DNA of 64,000 bases, taken from positions 10,074-74,073 of IMG/VR virus record IMGVR_UViG_2706795941_000001; one strand, 5' to 3'. Shown piece by piece: positions 21,701 to 29,788 of the stretch. The notes below the pieces were generated by a model. It was not told where the DNA came from. It saw nothing but the letters and a program-made list of their open reading frames with translations, and made no database searches. The DNA comes from a virus (Duplodnaviria; Caudoviricetes). Each line of letters opens with the position of its first letter. Within the stretch, counting starts at the first letter, position 1. The position numbers and the translations under genes are program-made.

Positions 21701-21873
21701 GCGAGACTGCAATGGGTCAGGGCCAGCGCTACCCGACCGCTCAGTCCACCAACGTTCAGGGTAACGCACCTGTTAACATCTACGTCTACGGAGTTGAATT
21801 GCCGAATATCACAGATGGTGACGACGCCTCCGAGTTCGTGGACCAGCTCAAGCTGTTGGCGGCGAACGAATGA
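12787..21873 (+). CDS. Tape measure protein with C-terminal M15-like peptidase and lytic transglycosylase domains
   Basis: 3028 aa; TP901-type N-core, Trp-periodic repeats, HMQGRALD..HMDHVH, QSESGGNPNAIN..GLMQ. Confidence 0.95.
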   Translation: MLTTDMIIAIHARTAQAQRQLAQMQGQLKALERAGIDSTNSVGRSVNGLDRTSERARANSNKPWFSQMRASGSQIQWVGRQMSVGLTLPLIGAMAMGTKFALDFEKNMTRVSKVYGDSALEISLGSKGMQEEVDALGRAFVELGNKYGQSASDVAEIGSSWAAAGSSGRALAKQTELTMQTMVLGEMTAAEATEALISIQAQWGVVTESNQDKIEAAGGAVRNRAKDEMSLTNILRQLNAVENETGARMQDLVKGYQRASGTARSAGVETGELAAMIAALVPAAGGAAEAGTALRTMLNRVMTPMNDAKEVLAIMNIDVTKSAWVTKSATERLQEMANSFHKLTGPQQQWLGFVIAGRWHVNRFMILMNAMANANSYYGKTLKTLGEQARVTRIAERELEAVLKSNPQRMKQAGAIIQNSLMKAMIPLVPMITQVALWFGKLANAFAEIPPHIRTTILAVALFLGVLGPLIIFLGMIKLSIGMLAPAFIAMAKFVLLPLKPFMMMFALVGKGLTALPIAAIASARGMLLGFMFMIKSVAMVGAAVGMVAPIVSTALGMAATAIVAWAPTVAALPAMIALAVGKIALVVDALMALMRFRVTAGMAVITTLFAAGPIAWRTALAVSTGGIALVMDALMVLLRVRLVAWFAATKALFFAGPIAWAAAMRTGMAAVYAFMVAGLAAKLTATRVWAVASALIHKIHWATVVGIAKAGMIALVTNVRKLAPLLLKAFASPWVLAIGAVVLILTLFKDQVKVAITNVVDYFRNLPAGIKQGLAPIGRMFTAIKNGILKAFNALPEGIKNAMLAVINVVKAAAMAVYRLFSYLNPFARHSPSLVENVTNGMAVVNDQFANSARVAESNINRIHSAIKSLQGAGAGMVTANDQAKDAEFRGNAAKAGGASALPQYDTLNRQVAESKRALESMNTAIEAQEAKVESVQKSIKRYDQTIKEMNKSLETTKAIQASVGDALDSAKARFDRYSNAQVAGYGAAEDAIFANELAQKRLQLQIKRMESAAGGVDSVTDSYAKLQGQIEMLQGKQAELRAGGAGSDILGPYDDMIGKLKSEQGALGSGNTGPGAAIAQLTTQLEALQRQAEIMDLEKALKFDSLNRSIEKFKSNTEELSYGEIMNGLDSSRNSVNALSLAYDSLGYQLKGQEYQIAQVEAARAAMQDQYDLENDKLSIMKESYDAVEESIRAGEQAMQDFSSAIDETIQRQEALERAQEAAKKKKKKGGAAGSEDEYTAAMGFEDAGQADFAIPGSSNAIMREGGMGNQAGEIDAFTDNLQKSIEESLGGMNPFAPVMAAWDRTKQWFSQNVAPVGRTVGAMFQGIGKSIQAGFNGGEPAVDALTRAFAEGRMGIDEYKKRLGELGADTSTQGILARLKEGVEEKDNVFYKIGQWVQQAWEKIEGFGKLAGDFLGKLFGPDLKSTLVIIKDGLYEIWTKASGPLNELKDSLGPFLKMVGELAVIVGGALLMAFEVVWEMLNGALGPAFSFIADLIGSLILVITGIVKVITGAFNIVLGTVKLIFSIFKGVFTFIKGLFSGDIDMSGFEGVGAALKQIFVDGIGKALGGLWSVVKGIWDAIISLFKNAAKIVWNVVYGFVKGIIDFFKTLWDVLVGHSIVPDTINSIIDWFKELPGKLPGIVWGVITKVIGFFLKLPLMIGKALLTLGGFLFNAFITAMAWLLPKLPGMIWNVIKFFATLPFKIIAALAGFGMKLLGWIGQAISWLVPQLPGIIWNLITFFATLPFKILGALGGLGLKLLGWIWDAISWLVPQLPGAIWNIIKFFATLPFKIIGALVGFGGQLFEWAKGAFMWLLSQLPGIVQGVIDFAKEIPGNFIRGLGVIGKFLWEWMKKGWDFLVNELPGIVAGFLKWIAGIPGMLLGKLGDGTKVLYSYGKDIIQGLMNGTKELLKKLGSWFLEQVPDWIEKPFKQALGIESPSKVFAGYGQNIGEGLILGIDSMQRQVEQASVGIAAAADKGEVAGMAISAVADTSSVGGSVSELGSAVAANGPVGVDAAVSPTADVAALQADLDAAKAIFDAFAAEMESKSAVFAATISASFGAMSSNASASMTNISGVGVSSFTALQTSVVTIVTTMVTTVNGQLQLLISYVTSFGTSFTAAWNAAWTAWMSQTTTSVDHTVNEWTRMATGMQSTLDNSIRPMFDEMKLMLTELEEAYTSTVNNVGTTWDGIKEKTAAPARFVINDVYNTGLRGAWNKFNEMLGIEALPEFTASFREGGPVWGPGTGTSDSINAKLSRGEHVITAAEVRAAGGHAAIEAQRQYWRSGGGYDGAIQAFRNGGAVGEGKARSNLPLKKANSNAYITTPMQQAMWDAVSTAFPNIALHSGTRTFETGAGFDNHMQGRALDLSPIPEAAKWIYEMNKKQPVLELIFWPTTLHPTNLHSGAPLDYGAATNAQHMDHVHWAMNSMVDNEGKVVSMVGPGDAINPVNYVKLIEDAFKEFKKTALEADPKFKGGIGQWPPKSVDHGMKAVDYLRPFAEKLQTNYSSGNQGNIPYNLTAGVEQWRDLAKKMLIMQGESVTYVDRLLMQMQSESGGNPNAINLWDENAARGTPSKGLMQVIDPTFQANRDPRLPNNVWDPAANIAASIRYTRGRYGSLSAWSGVGYDAGGILPPGFTLANNQTGGPEAILTDAQWSAMYTAAANSNQLEPEDVQHAMEQANKNTGNTADKQAAAIIKGMDVWQRAWTPEVFDATDKVADAADKVAASTETQAAGTVLLSKSIGKYNDEIAALSKLLNAVSTAAMASTKVTITYDEQGNQQSVNNPNQKTDKNGKPIFTVDQPTFSTWAPVFDAVAGLLETMPYAERDWAADNPVPGESQTQRKLREAQNMLVNFGKGSYNVLKEVGPPLLRHTGIIGSAVEKLIQEDGTAWTTAIGMIATGNQAGWAIIIPLALKTVGTLLPLILSAILDIVPALIRAIVRFLTQFMPDSVYAYADMAAAEAAVQNQQDTGETAMGQGQRYPTAQSTNVQGNAPVNIYVYGVELPNITDGDDASEFVDQLKLLAANE

Positions 21874-24434
21874 GCAGGGTGATACACCGCCCGAATCAGG
21901 CGGTCGACTACGGAACAGTCAACACGACTGGCCAGGGCAACGTCCTCGGGGACGGGAACAACAGCACCTACAAGGACTACTACGAGGACTCGGGCAGTAT
22001 CCTGCTGTACCCGACCTTCGATCCGGCGCTCGTGCCCGATGGTCGCCAGATCATCGCGGTACGAGCGGGCCATGTCCAGCGGAACGGCGGCCTGGTCGGC
22101 CTGCACAACGGCTGGGTCATGGGGTACCTTCGGGTGGACAATGCCCGAGTACTCAAGTCCAAGGCGTACAAGCAGGATGGGTACTCACTCGGAGCTCGAA
22201 CCATCGAGGGTGAGCCGATCTACAAAGGTGTCGATGTTCCCTGGGATGCAGCCGACATCAACCGGATGACCACTGACATCGGAGCAGCGACAGGTACGAT
22301 CGCTCCGAACAAGCGGAACTTCTGGTGTATCGGCGCAGAGTCCTACATAGTCGTGGTGATCGACGACGATGTGCCTATCCCGACTATCTCGTACCCCGCG
22401 AACAATCAGGTCATCGACACTTCGTCGGTGGACTTCCAGGCTGTAGCAGTTCCCAGCCAGCCGGAGCAGCCGGTCGCTGCCGTGTTCCAGGTGTCACGTG
22501 TGAACACCTTCGACGACGACACTGTCGATACGTTCGTCGGTGGACTCAACGCCAGCATGACTGCGGGCAGCAAGAGCATCTACGACTCGGTCATCGGCAA
22601 GGATTCCTACACCAACCTCGGTCCGGGCAAGTGGTACGTCCGAGTCAAGGGCATGGACTACCGCGAGGTCCAGTCCGACTGGGGTCCGACTACTTCGTTC
22701 ACGATCACCCACACCGCACTGCTCACCCCGACGCTGTTCAATCCGGCGAGCGGTTCTACCAAGGCTACGCCTTACGGGCTGCGTCAGGCAAGCTTCGCCA
22801 CCAACCCGACCGGCGAGCGTTACGTCGGAGCGCAGTGGCAGTTCTGCCAGAACAACGACTTCGCTACCGGACCCGTGGTCTCGTGGACAAACAACAAGGA
22901 AGGTCGGTACAACCTTGGCCTCGTTGGCTACACGTCTGATCCCGACCCGACTATCGAGCCTGGCCTCAACGGTTCGAAGGTTTCCACAGACGATCCAGAC
23001 CAGTACCTCAAGCAGGGCACCTGGTTTGGACGAGTACGTGCTGTGGATGTCTGGGGACAAACCGGCCCCTGGTCCGCATCTCATTCCTTCACCGTCAGTC
23101 ATCCTCCGACTGTCCAAGACGTGTGGCCGAGCGGTGGCAAAGCCTTTGACGACGACGCTTTCCCTGTGCGATGGAAGTTCGGTGACGCCTGGGTCGGTGA
23201 TGCACAGACTGCATTCCAGGTTATTGTACGAGATGGCTCTAACAATGTCATCCACGACACCGGCAAAGTCTCCAGCGGATTCAACACCCGCAAGGTAGTC
23301 ATCCCTGACACCTTCCTGGAGCAGACGCTGAACCTGGCGATCAAGTTGTGGGACAAGGACGATGTCGAGTCCCCGTGGTGGACGGGTACCTTCCGGCTTG
23401 CCAAGGCTCCGGTCATCACGCTGAACTATCCGGCGCCGGACGAGGTGGTCATCACAGGCCAGCCCATCCTCTCCTGGTCGAGTGTGTTCTCCTCGGGGGC
23501 AAACCAGAAGTCCTACCACATCGCCTTCATCAACCGTGCCACCAAGACGGTTGAGTACAAGACGTCCATCATTGCATCCGCTGCGACGACCTGGAATGCT
23601 CCGACCGTGGTGCTAAAGAACCTGCAGAACTACCAGCTAGCACTCACGATCACAGACACCAACGATCTGTACACCACGCTGCTACGGAACTTCAGCACAG
23701 ACTACGTGCGCCCGCCGACCATCCAGTGTGAGGCGTTCGTCAACACGTACGAAGATGAAGGCTACATCGACATCATGTGGCCTGACGTGTTGGTCGATCC
23801 GCTGTTCGTGGAGTACCGGCTCTATCGCAAGCGCGTGGACATCGACTTCCAGGACTGGGAACAGATCGGCACAGTCACTGATCCGAACGTGTTCGAGTTC
23901 CACGACTGGTCCACCAGTGGCGAGGCGGTCTACAAGTTCGGCATCACGCAGGTGGTCATGCTCTACGGAGCGCTTGTCGAATCACTGCCGGACGAGAACG
24001 GCGCACACCTTGCGGTTCGAGGCAGCCACTACTGGCTCATCATCCCGGACCACGAAGAACTCAACACCAAGGTGTACAACGTCACCGGAGACAAGTCCAC
24101 ACGCAGGGTGGAGATGAGCCAGCACGTCATCATCGAGGGCGGCGGCTCTCGGGTGAACTACGGCAAGCCCATCGGCATCGAGGGTTCGATGACCGCACAG
24201 ATTCGCGGCGGGTCGCTGTACAGTGCGCGCGAGTTCAGCCTTCGCCTGGAGCGCATTCAGTTTGAGCGAGGCTACTGCTTCCTGCGTGACCCGTTCGGCA
24301 ACTACACTCGCATTGCGCTTGGAGAGATCGGCGAGAGCAGGGTTCCCGGTGTCGGAACAAACGAGTACAAGGACTTGGAGATCCCATACATTCAGGTGGC
24401 AGCACCACCTGACGAGGGAGGGTACGCGGGATAA
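21870..24434 (+). CDS. Minor tail protein with FN3/Ig-like repeats
   Basis: 854 aa beta-rich; WYVRVKG, WFGRVRAVD..GPWS repeats; after TMP. Confidence 0.8.
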   Translation: MSRVIHRPNQAVDYGTVNTTGQGNVLGDGNNSTYKDYYEDSGSILLYPTFDPALVPDGRQIIAVRAGHVQRNGGLVGLHNGWVMGYLRVDNARVLKSKAYKQDGYSLGARTIEGEPIYKGVDVPWDAADINRMTTDIGAATGTIAPNKRNFWCIGAESYIVVVIDDDVPIPTISYPANNQVIDTSSVDFQAVAVPSQPEQPVAAVFQVSRVNTFDDDTVDTFVGGLNASMTAGSKSIYDSVIGKDSYTNLGPGKWYVRVKGMDYREVQSDWGPTTSFTITHTALLTPTLFNPASGSTKATPYGLRQASFATNPTGERYVGAQWQFCQNNDFATGPVVSWTNNKEGRYNLGLVGYTSDPDPTIEPGLNGSKVSTDDPDQYLKQGTWFGRVRAVDVWGQTGPWSASHSFTVSHPPTVQDVWPSGGKAFDDDAFPVRWKFGDAWVGDAQTAFQVIVRDGSNNVIHDTGKVSSGFNTRKVVIPDTFLEQTLNLAIKLWDKDDVESPWWTGTFRLAKAPVITLNYPAPDEVVITGQPILSWSSVFSSGANQKSYHIAFINRATKTVEYKTSIIASAATTWNAPTVVLKNLQNYQLALTITDTNDLYTTLLRNFSTDYVRPPTIQCEAFVNTYEDEGYIDIMWPDVLVDPLFVEYRLYRKRVDIDFQDWEQIGTVTDPNVFEFHDWSTSGEAVYKFGITQVVMLYGALVESLPDENGAHLAVRGSHYWLIIPDHEELNTKVYNVTGDKSTRRVEMSQHVIIEGGGSRVNYGKPIGIEGSMTAQIRGGSLYSAREFSLRLERIQFERGYCFLRDPFGNYTRIALGEIGESRVPGVGTNEYKDLEIPYIQVAAPPDEGGYAG

Positions 24435-26689
24435 TGGCGAACACTCCACCGCTCCATATCCAGCGCGCATTCCTCCAGCCCGTCGTCCGAGTCAACCGCC
24501 GCCTCGAGATCTACGAGCAGGACGGCAAGACGCCCTGGCGACGAGACCTATGGACCTCCCTCCTGGTCGGAGGCTCCGTGTCAGTGGACTACGAGCGAGA
24601 CGAACGCAGGTCTATCGACCTGGAGCTTGACAACTCCTATGGTGACCTGAACCCCGAGGCCGGCGGTCTGTGGTACGACAAGGTTTTCAAGCTGTACTAC
24701 GGCATCGACATCGGAGCAACCGAGCGTGGGGTCCGGGTCGCAATCGTCGAGCAGTACCAGTCTGATGGTCAGGCGTTCGCGCTCAAGCAGGCACTGTCTC
24801 GCGGCGGGGTCACCGAGGTTCACTACCTGCCCTCGGCCAGCACGTACGAGCAGATTCAGGAGTACGACGTACTCGTTTCCATCTCCGGTACGTCTACCCA
24901 GAAGGCAGCCTTCCTGACTCAGTGCTACAACCGAGGCAAATCAGTCATCACATTCACGATGGATCAGACCGCCGCTTCACTTCCGTTGGTCGTCGGGAAC
25001 GCGGGCGGCGCGCCGGTCATTGACGGGGCCACGCGCCGCTATGCTGCGGTTGCGGGGGCATCCGACCTATCCGTCGGGTGGGACGAATGGAGTACGAGGG
25101 AGTTCCCTCAATCGCAGAACTTGGTGACGTGGGGCGGCCAGGGATTTGAGGACTTTGCATTGGGTCCGGTGGGCTCGCCATCGGTCTCGGCGACTATTGT
25201 CCAGGTTCCCGACGGCCCGGCTGGTGTACCCACCAAGGTGTACCAGGTCCCCAGCAATGGGTCGTATCGAGCAAGTACACAGCTGTTCAATGCCTCGGTT
25301 GTCGCCGGTGATACCTACTACTTCGAGGTGTGGGTACGCAAGATCACGCCAGGGGTGACGGGTGGAGTGTCCTTTGTGAGGCGCACCTCCACCGACGGAG
25401 CGAGCATTCTGTATTCGGCCATGCAGCTCACACTGGCGAATATGGTTCAGAATCAGTGGTACCTGATGAGCGGCACCATGGCGATTCAGGCCGGTCGCAA
25501 TACCCTGAACCCTTACATTCAGGTGGACAACAGTGTGCCCGCTGGAGACATCATTCAGTGGGAAGAGGCTTACGTCAAAAAGGTTCTGCCCCAAGACTAC
25601 TACCGCAAGGTACTCGCACCGGCGACCGGGGCGCAGACCATCGCAGCCATCAACGATACTCAAGGAGAGTCGGTTGGAGCAATCGCACGAGACGACGGAG
25701 ACCGACGCTGGGTCCACGTCGTCCAATCAAACTTTGAAGAAGATAACTTCGTCGATCCAGAGGACTATGACTCGTTTGCGGGATTCGTTTCGCGAGCTGT
25801 TCAATGGTCTTCGACATACGATTCAGCAGATACATGGGAAATGCAGATCGGTGAGTATCTCGCGGATGCCATCTCCGATGGAGGTTCCTACTCTACGATA
25901 CGCATTACAGGCCGCGACCTCACCAAGCTGGCCATCAACTCAAAGCTGGCATCCTCGACAACCTTCTCCAAGAGCACTTCCATCGAGGCGATTGTAAAGG
26001 CACTCGCCTCGAACGCTGGCATCACCAAGCACAAGATACCCGTGACCAAGAAGGTGCTCGACAAGGACACCACCTGGGAGCGCGGAACGTCTCGGTGGGA
26101 GATCATCAAGGAAGTCTGCAACACCAACAACCACGAGGTCTTCATGGATCACGAGGGGTACTTGGTGGTGCGGGAGTACCTCGATCCCCTTCTCTCGCCG
26201 ACGAGTCTGTCGCTGTCCGGCGGCGTCGGGGGTAACCTCATATCGCGCGGTGCCCGGACATCTGACTCCAAGCTGATCAATCACATCGTGGTGGTCGGCG
26301 AGAGCTCGGACTCCAATGTACCACCTTCGTACGCCGAGGCGATCAACAACGACCCAAAGTCTCCGACGAGTATCCAGGAGCTAGGCGACAGGGTCGAGGT
26401 TATCACCTCGGCGCTGGTCACCACAGTATCAAAGGCGCAGGAGCTAGCAAACTCGTTGCTCGCGGTGTCGGCACTCGAGGAGTTCGAGCTGTCCTTCGAG
26501 TCCACCCTCCTCCCCTGGGTGGAGCCCGGTGAGATCATTGACATGTCAAAGTCTGATAGCAGGTACTGGGGACCAGATAGGTACCTGCTCACAAGCCTCA
26601 CGCTACCGCTGGACCTGAGTCCGATGAGCGGCAATGGAAAGCGAATCGAAAAGGTGGGGGTGAATGATGAGCCAGAGACAGCTGAGTGA
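24434..26689 (+). CDS. Minor tail (hub-like) protein with internal inserted domains
   Basis: 751 aa; hub-like N-terminus (GGSVSVDYERDERRS) and C-terminus (LPWVEPGEII) flank about 380 aa of insert. Confidence 0.75.
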   Translation: MANTPPLHIQRAFLQPVVRVNRRLEIYEQDGKTPWRRDLWTSLLVGGSVSVDYERDERRSIDLELDNSYGDLNPEAGGLWYDKVFKLYYGIDIGATERGVRVAIVEQYQSDGQAFALKQALSRGGVTEVHYLPSASTYEQIQEYDVLVSISGTSTQKAAFLTQCYNRGKSVITFTMDQTAASLPLVVGNAGGAPVIDGATRRYAAVAGASDLSVGWDEWSTREFPQSQNLVTWGGQGFEDFALGPVGSPSVSATIVQVPDGPAGVPTKVYQVPSNGSYRASTQLFNASVVAGDTYYFEVWVRKITPGVTGGVSFVRRTSTDGASILYSAMQLTLANMVQNQWYLMSGTMAIQAGRNTLNPYIQVDNSVPAGDIIQWEEAYVKKVLPQDYYRKVLAPATGAQTIAAINDTQGESVGAIARDDGDRRWVHVVQSNFEEDNFVDPEDYDSFAGFVSRAVQWSSTYDSADTWEMQIGEYLADAISDGGSYSTIRITGRDLTKLAINSKLASSTTFSKSTSIEAIVKALASNAGITKHKIPVTKKVLDKDTTWERGTSRWEIIKEVCNTNNHEVFMDHEGYLVVREYLDPLLSPTSLSLSGGVGGNLISRGARTSDSKLINHIVVVGESSDSNVPPSYAEAINNDPKSPTSIQELGDRVEVITSALVTTVSKAQELANSLLAVSALEEFELSFESTLLPWVEPGEIIDMSKSDSRYWGPDRYLLTSLTLPLDLSPMSGNGKRIEKVGVNDEPETAE

Positions 26690-28652
26690 GTACGCGGTAA
26701 CAGCTGCAGTCCGGGACGTCATCAAGACCATAGCGCGGAACGAGATTCAGAAGGCTCGTCCGGCCAGTCGGTTGGCGGCTGTCCAGTCGATTGATCCTGT
26801 CGATCGTTCTGCGCAGGTCATCTTCGTTGGCGAGACCGAGCCGGTGCGGGTACCTTACACCAGCAAGGCTCCTGCGTTCACTGGACAGTTCGTGCGTATC
26901 GGTGGCACGACTCATGATCGCTACATCGAAGACGTCATCGGTCAGGACTTCACTTCACTGGAGCTGGAGAAAACCAAGGAGTCCGTCGGCAAGCTGATGG
27001 AAGCTGCTTACGGCGAGGGCTGGTTCGAGGCCGACCCCGAAGAACTCGGCATCACCATCGGTGAGTACCTGACTTCGCTCGACAACCAGGGCGCTGTCGA
27101 TGCTCTGGCACAAACGGTTGAGCAGGTCGAGACTACAGCCAACAACGCCAGCACTGCCGCTGGTCAAGCGCAGACCACGGCGAACAACGCCAGCACTGCT
27201 GCTGGTCAGGCTAGCTCGGATGCCAGCACTGCACTCGGCAAGGCTAACGACGCCGAGGCTGCAGCTGGTGCTGCGTCTAGCCAGGCTGGTGCGGCGAGCA
27301 GTCTCGCAGAGGCGGTCCAGACTGTTACCCAGCAGATCGCTAACAACATCAACGCCCTGGGCGAGGGTGTTGCCGAGGGCGTTGCCGATGTGGCGGACAT
27401 CTTTGCGACCATTGGCAACATCTTTGGTACTGCTATCAACGCCGAGTCGAAAGCCATTGAGACCCAGACGAAGCTACAGGAGCTGATAGGCTCAAACGAG
27501 GCGGGAGCTTCGGGTGGCAAGTCTGGCAGTGATGATTTCGAGCGACCGAACTCCACAACGCTTGGTCCGAACTGGGTTACGCAGACGATGGCGGGTGACC
27601 TCACTCTGCAGATTGAGGATGGCAACGTTCGACTGCTCGGTGGTTCTGACACTACACTTGCGTATGCAAGGTGGGTCGGCTCGAACGATGTCATCAGTGA
27701 TTACGTTCAGACCACTATGGTTGTCGGCGGCGGCTGGGGCGCTGCTGGTACCATGTATGATTATATCTTTGCTCGCTGGGATGGCTTGTTCTCGGGCAGC
27801 GGAGAGAACACCACGCCACTCAACTGCTGGGCAGCGCGACTAGAGAAGAGTGGTGTTGTTACACTAATCCGAGTTGTCAACGGGTCGATGGTTGAGTTCG
27901 GTTCTCATGACATCGGCAGCACTGCTATCGGCGATGTCATGAGTCTTCGGTGTGGCTCCTACACTCACAGTCGTCAGATCACTGTTGTCTACAACGGCGA
28001 GCCGATCATCTCCTACACAGACCTCACCGAGGTCTCGATGATGGGTCCAGCGTACCGCAAGCATGGGTTCTCGATGTTCGCGTCCAACGTCTTTGGCGTT
28101 CAGCGCCCGGCCAGGATTGCGAGCTACTCGTTCTCTGACATCCCCGGCGGTGGCATTATCCTGGGCAAGGGGTTTAAGTACTACAGAACTAACACGAACA
28201 CAGTCACCACCCCAGCTGCATCGCTGCTTCCCACCTCAGTCTTTGACTCGATGATTATGTCTCCCGCCATCGAGCCACCAGGGGGAAGCTATGCCTGGGG
28301 TCAGGGGGAGTTCATCATTCCAATCGAAGGCTGGTGGGAGTTCACCTTCACGTTCGGAGGAACAACTCCTTCTATCGCCGCCAACGGCGCACTGGACGTA
28401 GAGCCGAGGCTTTACTATGGCCAGGGGACGCTCAATCAGTTCATTGAGATGGAGAATCAGCGAATACCAAGAGGGGCAACTAGCTCTGGTTCAGTAACGA
28501 CTGGACCTCTCGTGTCCAGCATTCGCAGGTACTGTATCGTTGGCGAGCGTGTAGCCCCAGGCAACGGACCTTCGGGTAATCACATGGCAAACCTTACTGG
28601 CGCTGCGGATGGCAACCGCACTGCCTTCTCGGGCATTTTGCTTTCACCATAA
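26664..28652 (+). CDS. Minor tail / receptor-binding protein
   Basis: 662 aa; Ala-rich coiled coil then SDDFERPNSTTLGPNW lectin-like domain. Confidence 0.75.
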   Translation: MMSQRQLSEYAVTAAVRDVIKTIARNEIQKARPASRLAAVQSIDPVDRSAQVIFVGETEPVRVPYTSKAPAFTGQFVRIGGTTHDRYIEDVIGQDFTSLELEKTKESVGKLMEAAYGEGWFEADPEELGITIGEYLTSLDNQGAVDALAQTVEQVETTANNASTAAGQAQTTANNASTAAGQASSDASTALGKANDAEAAAGAASSQAGAASSLAEAVQTVTQQIANNINALGEGVAEGVADVADIFATIGNIFGTAINAESKAIETQTKLQELIGSNEAGASGGKSGSDDFERPNSTTLGPNWVTQTMAGDLTLQIEDGNVRLLGGSDTTLAYARWVGSNDVISDYVQTTMVVGGGWGAAGTMYDYIFARWDGLFSGSGENTTPLNCWAARLEKSGVVTLIRVVNGSMVEFGSHDIGSTAIGDVMSLRCGSYTHSRQITVVYNGEPIISYTDLTEVSMMGPAYRKHGFSMFASNVFGVQRPARIASYSFSDIPGGGIILGKGFKYYRTNTNTVTTPAASLLPTSVFDSMIMSPAIEPPGGSYAWGQGEFIIPIEGWWEFTFTFGGTTPSIAANGALDVEPRLYYGQGTLNQFIEMENQRIPRGATSSGSVTTGPLVSSIRRYCIVGERVAPGNGPSGNHMANLTGAADGNRTAFSGILLSP

Positions 28653-28665
28653 TAGGAGGTAGCTG

Positions 28666-28896
28666 ATGGTACACCAGGAACAGAAGACGATTACATTTGA
28701 TTGTCGTCCAGGATACACATTCCGGCTGACGCTGGGCCACCCGGACTTTGGCGAGAACTGGATCTCGATGGAATGCCTGGACGAGAACTTCAATGTCGTC
28801 CCTGGAGTTAATGGTGGATTCCGAGGCCCTGGCGTTCACCAGCCCCAACCTGCTGGGTTGACGCCCGAGCCAGAACCAGAGCAGAACGAAGCTTGA
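28666..28896 (+). CDS. Hypothetical protein
   Basis: 76 aa, RBS aggagg. Confidence 0.6.
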   Translation: MVHQEQKTITFDCRPGYTFRLTLGHPDFGENWISMECLDENFNVVPGVNGGFRGPGVHQPQPAGLTPEPEPEQNEA

Positions 28897-28944
28897 CTAC
28901 ACCCGTAGTCGAGCGTATCATCGCACGCTAGTAGGAGGTAACAC

Positions 28945-29397
28945 ATGAGCATCTCGCCTCAGGGTTCGGGAACGGACCTGGTCATCCGACCGAACATCTT
29001 CAACGTGAGGTCGTTCAACGACTTCATCGCCATGCTCTACGCGATCTTGCCGGCCCTGACCCCGATCCTGCTGAGCTACGGCGTCCTCAGTGACGACGAG
29101 GTTGCACTATGGATCGGCCTCGGCACTAACGTGTGCCAGCTGATCCTGCAGTTCGTGCGCACCGAGTACTTCGCAAGGCGCATCATCTACACCATCTTGA
29201 ACCTCGCCGTCTCCGTGCTCGTCGTGTACCGCGGGCTCGACCCCAACTTCCTCGACCAGTGGCTGCCGTTGCTCGTCCTGATCCTCGGCGCACCCCCGGC
29301 TGCGGTTGCAGTACAGAACGTCAACACGTCCGGAGACAACGTCGTGCCGATCAATCGCGGTCTACCGCCGGAAGGTGGAGCTCGACACGCGGCCTAG
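28945..29397 (+). CDS. Holin
   Basis: 150 aa, about 4 hydrophobic segments, actinophage holin-like Y...YG...W motif twice; RBS aggagg. Confidence 0.7.
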   Translation: MSISPQGSGTDLVIRPNIFNVRSFNDFIAMLYAILPALTPILLSYGVLSDDEVALWIGLGTNVCQLILQFVRTEYFARRIIYTILNLAVSVLVVYRGLDPNFLDQWLPLLVLILGAPPAAVAVQNVNTSGDNVVPINRGLPPEGGARHAA

Positions 29398-29403
29398 TAC
29401 ATG

Positions 29404-29442
29404 CCCCCTCGCCCGTGCTGATTCCCCCACCGGGCGAGGGGG
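29404..29442 (+). terminator. 12-bp inverted repeat
   Basis: ccccctcgcccg / cgggcgaggggg, 15-nt loop; no U-tract. Confidence 0.55.
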
Positions 29443-29461
29443 CTCCCCCTCAGGAGGCATC

Positions 29462-29788
29462 ATGGCTATCAGGTACTACCGGAACTGCTACAAGCCGGAT
29501 TCCTACCCCGAGACCGAAGAGCATGTACGGTCTCACATCGCTTCAATCGCAAGTCCGACCGATGATCCTACCGAGTTCCACGACGAAGTGCAGATCGAAG
29601 TCTCGCCCAACGAGGACGGATCGGTTCGCATCTTCGGTGTGCTCGATCGAGAGCCGGCCTGTGACTACAGCTTGCCCGACGATTACGAGTCCCCCTCCGA
29701 GTCGGAGTACCAGCAGGGCTTCGGTGTTCGGGAGATGACACCCGCTCAACTTCACGAACACCTCATGCAGAAGGAGGTCTTCGAGTGA
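29462..29788 (+). CDS. Hypothetical acidic protein in lysis cassette
   Basis: ATG 29462 after caggagg; 108 aa. Confidence 0.65.
   Translation: MAIRYYRNCYKPDSYPETEEHVRSHIASIASPTDDPTEFHDEVQIEVSPNEDGSVRIFGVLDREPACDYSLPDDYESPSESEYQQGFGVREMTPAQLHEHLMQKEVFE

Noticed and set aside
24660-25835. Intein in the minor tail protein
   Set aside because: No C/S start with HN end and no LAGLIDADG motif
27745-27754. TGGTACCAT inside a tail gene as an operator
   Set aside because: Coding (G-T-M), lacks the 5' purine and has no promoter context
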